Below, piece by piece: positions 59,122 through 64,000 of a stretch of DNA of 64,000 bases. The position numbers were made by a program, and so were the translations under genes. Below the pieces are notes generated by a model, which saw nothing but the letters and a program-made list of their open reading frames with translations, had not been told where the DNA came from and did not search any database. The number at the start of each line of letters is the position of its first letter. Positions within the stretch are counted from its first letter, which is position 1. The stretch spans positions 38,962 to 102,961 of the forward strand of contig CAZPBN010000008.1 in NCBI GenBank assembly GCA_964584935.1. Reading direction: 5' to 3'. The DNA comes from an uncultured Eubacteriales bacterium. Lineage in GTDB: Bacteria > Acidobacteriota > Aminicenantia > Aminicenantales > Aminicenantaceae.

Positions 59122-60363
59122 ATGAGAAAAAATGGATGGATTGCTTTTGTATGCCTATTTTTAATCGCAGGCAGCACCTTTTTTCTGTCATGTCAAAAAG
59201 AACCACAAGAAACACATCCAGCTATGATCCAATTAGAAAATGAAGATTTACAGCCTTATAATATCACAACCTATAAGACTCGAAAATTCAGAGGAAGAGA
59301 GCGCACCTATCTCTCATTTGACTTCAATTATCTCAAAAAACCGGAGTCGATTGATAATTTCAATAAGAAATTTCATTTTCCCCCTATCAGACAGTTCTGG
59401 ACAGGAACCTGCTGGTCTTTTGCCACAACATCATTTCTTGAATCAGAATTGTGGCGTCTTAAAAAGGAAAAAGTAAAACTTTCAGAAATGCATACTGTAT
59501 ACTGGGAATATATAGAAAAAGCCAGACGTTTTATTCGTGAAAAAGGAGATTCGTTCTTAGGTCAGGGTTCAGAACACAATGCTGTTATTTTAAGAATGAA
59601 AGAATACGGGGCAGTGAGAAATTCTGATTACACAGGGCTTCTCGGTGATAAAACAGAACACAATCACAGAGAATTATTTCAGGAAATAAAAAATTATCTC
59701 GACTTCTGCAAAGAAAATGAATATTGGGATGAAACCAAATCCATTAACTATGTCAAAAGCATTCTCAACAAGCATTTGGGAAAGCCACCTGAAATAATTG
59801 AAGTTAATGGTAAGAAAATTACTCCTAAAGAGTATATGGAAAATATCCTCGAACTTCCGCTAGACGACTATATTTGTTTTATGAGTACCAAGTCCATTCC
59901 TTTTTATACCAAAGGGGAATACAAAGTTCCCGATAACTGGTGGCACAGCGAAGAATATCACAATATCCCTCTTGATGACTTTTATAATGCCATCAAAAAT
60001 GCCATCACAAAAGGATATACCCTCGCCCTGGGGGGAGATGTATCTGAGCCTGGATTGAACGGCTCAGAAGATGTCGCCATTGTCCCCAGTTTTGACATTC
60101 CTCAAAAGCTTATCAATCAGGACAGCCGGGAATACAGATTTTATAACAGATCTTCCTCTGATGACCACGCCATTCATGTCGCGGGGTACAGAGAACAGGA
60201 CAATCACACATGGTTTCTTGTTAAAGACTCAGGTTCCGGGGCTCAAAGGGGAGATGTCAAAGGTTACTATTTTTATAGAGATGACTACATAAAACTGAAA
60301 ATGCTTACTTTTATTGTCCATAAAGATGCCATAAAGGAGCTGCTTACGAAATTCTCTGAATAA
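59122..60363 (+). CDS. C1 family cysteine aminopeptidase (bleomycin hydrolase-like), lipoprotein
   Basis: Lipobox FLSC; QFWTGTCWSF; DDHAIH; KDSG. Confidence 0.88.
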   Translation: MRKNGWIAFVCLFLIAGSTFFLSCQKEPQETHPAMIQLENEDLQPYNITTYKTRKFRGRERTYLSFDFNYLKKPESIDNFNKKFHFPPIRQFWTGTCWSFATTSFLESELWRLKKEKVKLSEMHTVYWEYIEKARRFIREKGDSFLGQGSEHNAVILRMKEYGAVRNSDYTGLLGDKTEHNHRELFQEIKNYLDFCKENEYWDETKSINYVKSILNKHLGKPPEIIEVNGKKITPKEYMENILELPLDDYICFMSTKSIPFYTKGEYKVPDNWWHSEEYHNIPLDDFYNAIKNAITKGYTLALGGDVSEPGLNGSEDVAIVPSFDIPQKLINQDSREYRFYNRSSSDDHAIHVAGYREQDNHTWFLVKDSGSGAQRGDVKGYYFYRDDYIKLKMLTFIVHKDAIKELLTKFSE

Positions 60364-60366
60364 CAC

Positions 60367-61806
60367 ATGAAATCAGATTTTAAAGAAAAAGCACTCTTCG
60401 TCCAATTGTTTGGTGATACAATCTATGCTGTTGGAGGCTATGTCCGTGATCTTATAAGTAAAAATCAAAAGAAAAAAAAAGAAATAGATATTTTAATCAC
60501 CCATCATACTGTCAATGAAATCACAAACAAACTCAAAGCCTATGGAAGAATCGATTTAGTAGGAAAGAGCTTCGGGGTTATTAAATTTTCCATTAATGGA
60601 AACACATATGATATCGCACTCCCCAGAAAGGACATTTCTAAGGGCAAAAAGCGACCGAGTCATAAGGACTTCCTAATCCATTCTGATCCCTTCCTGCCTA
60701 TTGAAAAGGACTTGAGCCGGAGAGATTTCCGGTGCAACAGTATGGCATTAAGGCTCATCGATGATACAATTATTGATCCGTTCGGGGGGAAAAAAGACAC
60801 ATCAAATAAAATATTAAAGCTTACCAATCCTCAAGCATTTCCCGAAGATCCCCTGCGCGTCCTTAGAGCAGCCCGGTTTGCATCTGTTCTTAATTTCAAA
60901 ATAGATCCTGAAATCTATATTATTTCAAACAGGATCGATCTATCCACCTTAAGTGTAGAAAGAATCAATGAAGAAATTTTTAAAATTCTGCTTGATTCCC
61001 AGAAGCCTTCTGTGGGACTGGAATCTTTATTCAAACTGGGAGCTTTAAAGAAAATATTTCCTGAACTCTATAGATTAACTCTGACAATCCAGGATTCAAT
61101 TTTCCACCCGGAAAAAGACAAATACGGTCATCACACAGTCTGGGAACACACAAAATTGACCGTTGATCAAGCAAAAAGACTGGGAGATATATACAAAATC
61201 AATCAATCTAAAAATCTCACTCTGATTCTTGCTGCCCTTTTTCATGATGTGGGAAAGCCTTTTGTTACAAATTGGGATTACAAAAAAGGCAGGATGGTCA
61301 TAACCAGCATTGGCCATGACAAAGAGAGCAAGGAAATAACAAAATCCATTTTCAACCGATTAAAAATTTACTCCTGGAATGGCTTTGATGTGAAAAAATA
61401 CGTACTTTTGCTCATAAAAAATCACCATAGATTATCAGAACTATGGAATAACAGAGAAACCGTATCTAAGAAAGCATTCAATCGTCTTGCCGCTGATATT
61501 TCTGGAGAAATAGAACTTTTGATCTATCTTGATGCGGCTGACAGAGGTGGACGCAAAAAAAGAGCGGTCAAAGGACTTGATAAAGAAGGAAAATGGCTGC
61601 TCAATAAATTCAACGAACTCAACATTAACAAAGACACAATAAAGCCAATTCTTTTAGGAAGAGATCTCATAAAGCTAGGAGTGAAGCCGGGACCCTCCAT
61701 GGGCAAAATGTTAAAAAAGCTCTATTCCTATCAACTAGATAACAAATTCACAACAAAAGAGGAAGGAATAGAAATCGCTAAAGAAATGATAAAAGAAAAG
61801 CCGTGA
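60367..61806 (+). CDS. cca: class II tRNA nucleotidyltransferase with HD domain
   Basis: VGGYVRD, DIALPR, DLSRRDF, EDPLRVLRAARF, ERINEE, H...HDVGK and GRDLI..G.KPGP motifs. Confidence 0.88.
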   Translation: MKSDFKEKALFVQLFGDTIYAVGGYVRDLISKNQKKKKEIDILITHHTVNEITNKLKAYGRIDLVGKSFGVIKFSINGNTYDIALPRKDISKGKKRPSHKDFLIHSDPFLPIEKDLSRRDFRCNSMALRLIDDTIIDPFGGKKDTSNKILKLTNPQAFPEDPLRVLRAARFASVLNFKIDPEIYIISNRIDLSTLSVERINEEIFKILLDSQKPSVGLESLFKLGALKKIFPELYRLTLTIQDSIFHPEKDKYGHHTVWEHTKLTVDQAKRLGDIYKINQSKNLTLILAALFHDVGKPFVTNWDYKKGRMVITSIGHDKESKEITKSIFNRLKIYSWNGFDVKKYVLLLIKNHHRLSELWNNRETVSKKAFNRLAADISGEIELLIYLDAADRGGRKKRAVKGLDKEGKWLLNKFNELNINKDTIKPILLGRDLIKLGVKPGPSMGKMLKKLYSYQLDNKFTTKEEGIEIAKEMIKEKP

Positions 61807-61902
61807 GACGTCAGATGTAAGATGAATAACAATGATATAAAGACCAATTAGGATTGCTTTTATTCTGTATTCATGCTATAAATTTAATTTTTTAGGTCAA
61901 AA

Positions 61903-63684
61903 ATGAGAAACATCAAATCTTTATTTTTCTTAATTATATTATTAATGATGTCATGTTTTTATTTTAACTGTACTTCCAGTAAGAATAAATCCGTAAATAT
62001 TCAAACATTTTCTTCAGTCAAAACAAATAAAGATGACTCCTCAAAAATTGAAAAATCCCCTAATCCTGAAAAAAAGCAGGGACAACAGGAAAAAGAGACT
62101 CTTGATGAACCCTTGGAAGAACAAAACTCTACGAAAAAAAATGAAACAGCTATTCTTGAAGAAGCCCTTTTTTCCTATCAGGATGCCCAGATCTCCTGGG
62201 AAAAAGGCGACCTGCAAACAGCCCTTGCTGCCTTGGATAATGCCTACAGTCTGATTCTAAAACTAGACCTTGCTCATGATTCTCCTCTTATTCAGGAAAA
62301 AAACGATTTAAGACTTCTGATAGCTCGAAGAATTCAAGAAATCTATGCTTCTTCAAAGCTCACCGCTGTAGGGGAGAATGGTCAAACCATTCTTCTCGTT
62401 GAAAACGAACATGTCAAAAAAGAAATCAAACGATTTCAAACCGATGAACACGAATCTTTTTTAAATGCTTACAAAAGGTCAGGAAAATACAGGAATATCA
62501 TATTGAACGAACTGAAAAAGGCTGGTCTTCCTGAAGACCTAAGCTGGCTTCCCATGATAGAAAGCTGGTTTAAAGTCAAAGCCTATTCCAGAGCACGAGC
62601 TCTCGGCTTATGGCAGTTCATTTCCTCAACAGGATACCGTTTCGGACTCAAACGAGACCGCTGGATTGATGAACGAATGGATCCTGAAAAATCCACTAAA
62701 GCGGCTGTAAAATATTTAAAAGAACTCCACGCCTTATTTGGTGATTGGACAACCGCTCTTGCTGCTTATAATTGCGGAGAATTTAAGGTGCAGCGAATTA
62801 TTCGGGCACAGAGAATCAAATACCTTGACAATTTCTGGGATCTTTATCTTATGCTCCCCCAAGAAACCGCCCGGTTTGTTCCCCGCTTCATTGCCACACT
62901 TTTAATAATTAAGAATCATGAACAATACGGATTCAACCTCCCCGAACCAGATCCTCCCTTAAAATACGAACAAATCTCAATCAATCAGGCTATTAATCTT
63001 TCTTCTTTATCCAAGAACATCGGACTTGATTCTGATGAACTTTCCTTTTTCAATCCTGAGCTTCGCCATAACGGAACTCCTGATTATTCCTACAATTTGA
63101 AAATCCCTCCTGGCTATTCTGAAAAAGCCAAAATCGCTATGAATTCTCTTTCTCGATGGATTCCACCTGAAGCCAGTTATGTTTTACACTACGTCCGGAG
63201 AGGGGAAACCTTATCTGGAATCGCCAGCCGCTACAGAACCTCAGTTTCTTCCATTGCCCGGTTGAATCATATGCGCCGGGTTCATCTCATCCGCCCAGGA
63301 CAACGGCTCAAGATTCCTTTAAGAGGTCGATACTCGTCCAGTCACTCGACCCCAAAAGTAACCAACAAAGATGGAAAACTTGTCTATACTGTCAGAAGAG
63401 GAGATTCTCTTTATTTGATCGCCCGGATGTTTAATACAAACATCAACCAGATAAAAAAAACGAATAATTTAAAAAGTGATATTCTCCATGTCGGCCAAAA
63501 GCTGGTTATCCGATCAGGCAAACCCGCTAATTCAATTGTATATAAAGTCAAACCGGGAGATACCCCCTTTGATATTGCCCGAAGATTTAAAATGAATCTC
63601 AACACTTTATTGAATATCAATGGCCTTAACCGATACTCAAAAATATATCCGGGACAGGAACTCTGGGTCACCCGGAATCAATAG
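61903..63684 (+). CDS. mltD: membrane-bound lytic murein transglycosylase D with 3 LysM domains
   Basis: IES, GLWQF, DERMD, AAYNCGE and ET..FVP motifs; three LysM repeats; lipoprotein-like N-terminus. Confidence 0.9.
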   Translation: MRNIKSLFFLIILLMMSCFYFNCTSSKNKSVNIQTFSSVKTNKDDSSKIEKSPNPEKKQGQQEKETLDEPLEEQNSTKKNETAILEEALFSYQDAQISWEKGDLQTALAALDNAYSLILKLDLAHDSPLIQEKNDLRLLIARRIQEIYASSKLTAVGENGQTILLVENEHVKKEIKRFQTDEHESFLNAYKRSGKYRNIILNELKKAGLPEDLSWLPMIESWFKVKAYSRARALGLWQFISSTGYRFGLKRDRWIDERMDPEKSTKAAVKYLKELHALFGDWTTALAAYNCGEFKVQRIIRAQRIKYLDNFWDLYLMLPQETARFVPRFIATLLIIKNHEQYGFNLPEPDPPLKYEQISINQAINLSSLSKNIGLDSDELSFFNPELRHNGTPDYSYNLKIPPGYSEKAKIAMNSLSRWIPPEASYVLHYVRRGETLSGIASRYRTSVSSIARLNHMRRVHLIRPGQRLKIPLRGRYSSSHSTPKVTNKDGKLVYTVRRGDSLYLIARMFNTNINQIKKTNNLKSDILHVGQKLVIRSGKPANSIVYKVKPGDTPFDIARRFKMNLNTLLNINGLNRYSKIYPGQELWVTRNQ

Positions 63685-63698
63685 AGAATAAAAAATTA

Positions 63699-63998
63699 TT
63701 ATTTCTTTTTTGCTTCTTTGGCTTCTTTTGCTTTTTCTTTTATAGATTTCTTCTTGCTTTTCTTTTTATACTCATAATCCACAAATTCCAGTATTGCCAT
63801 TTCTGCACCATCTCCTGATCTTTGCCCTAACTTTATAATCCTTGTATACCCTCCAGGTCTCTCATTAAAACGGGGACCGATTTCCTCAAACAGCTTTTTT
63901 ACAACACTTTTTTTAAATATATATTTTAAAACCTGGCGTCTTGAATGAAGTTCATCTTCCTTTCCAATGGTGATCATCTTTTCCGCAATAGGTCTAGT
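63699..63998 (-). CDS. rplQ: 50S ribosomal protein L17, 5'-partial
   Basis: [17 protein letters not shown] and [20 protein letters not shown] motifs; runs off the window end. Confidence 0.95.
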   Translation of the reverse strand, partial: TRPIAEKMITIGKEDELHSRRQVLKYIFKKSVVKKLFEEIGPRFNERPGGYTRIIKLGQRSGDGAEMAILEFVDYEYKKKSKKKSIKEKAKEAKEAKKK

Positions 63999-64000
63999 GG

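Overview
AT-rich bacterial chromosome segment from a diderm, probably anaerobic, peptide-fermenting organism. The gene repertoire resembles Candidatus Aminicenantes/Acidobacteriota; this is an inference, not tested. Most of the window is housekeeping or metabolic: nnr, ABC-F, DPP-IV, 5'-nucleotidase, tRNA-Arg(ACG), M1 peptidase, dgt, iorAB plus an ADP-forming acyl-CoA ligase, rrf2-mnmA, yebC-ruvCAB-queA, tnaA, mtnP, cobB-larC-folE-metG, tsaC, cca, mltD and rplQ. The accessory-looking block at ~9.4-15.7 kb is the most interesting part. It contains (i) a divergent U32-family Fe-S protein set head-to-head with a bifunctional DAHP synthase-chorismate mutase, which suggests a hydroxylase with its own prephenate supply and an unknown substrate, and (ii) a sigma54-promoter operon encoding a TPR-like/TM/PEGA protein and a secreted 16-Cys protein with a TonB-C-like end. 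Intergenic regions carry several distinct short repeat families: GTAG-type REP-like elements, a 30-bp GGATTGCCCGGTCAAGCCGG palindrome, a 28-bp AGGGACAC element forming a nested inverted repeat, and 7-mer and 9-mer tandem runs. No cognate transposase is in the window. No CRISPR array, rRNA, integrase or intact IS was seen. All protein family calls come from motif recognition by eye, not from database searches.
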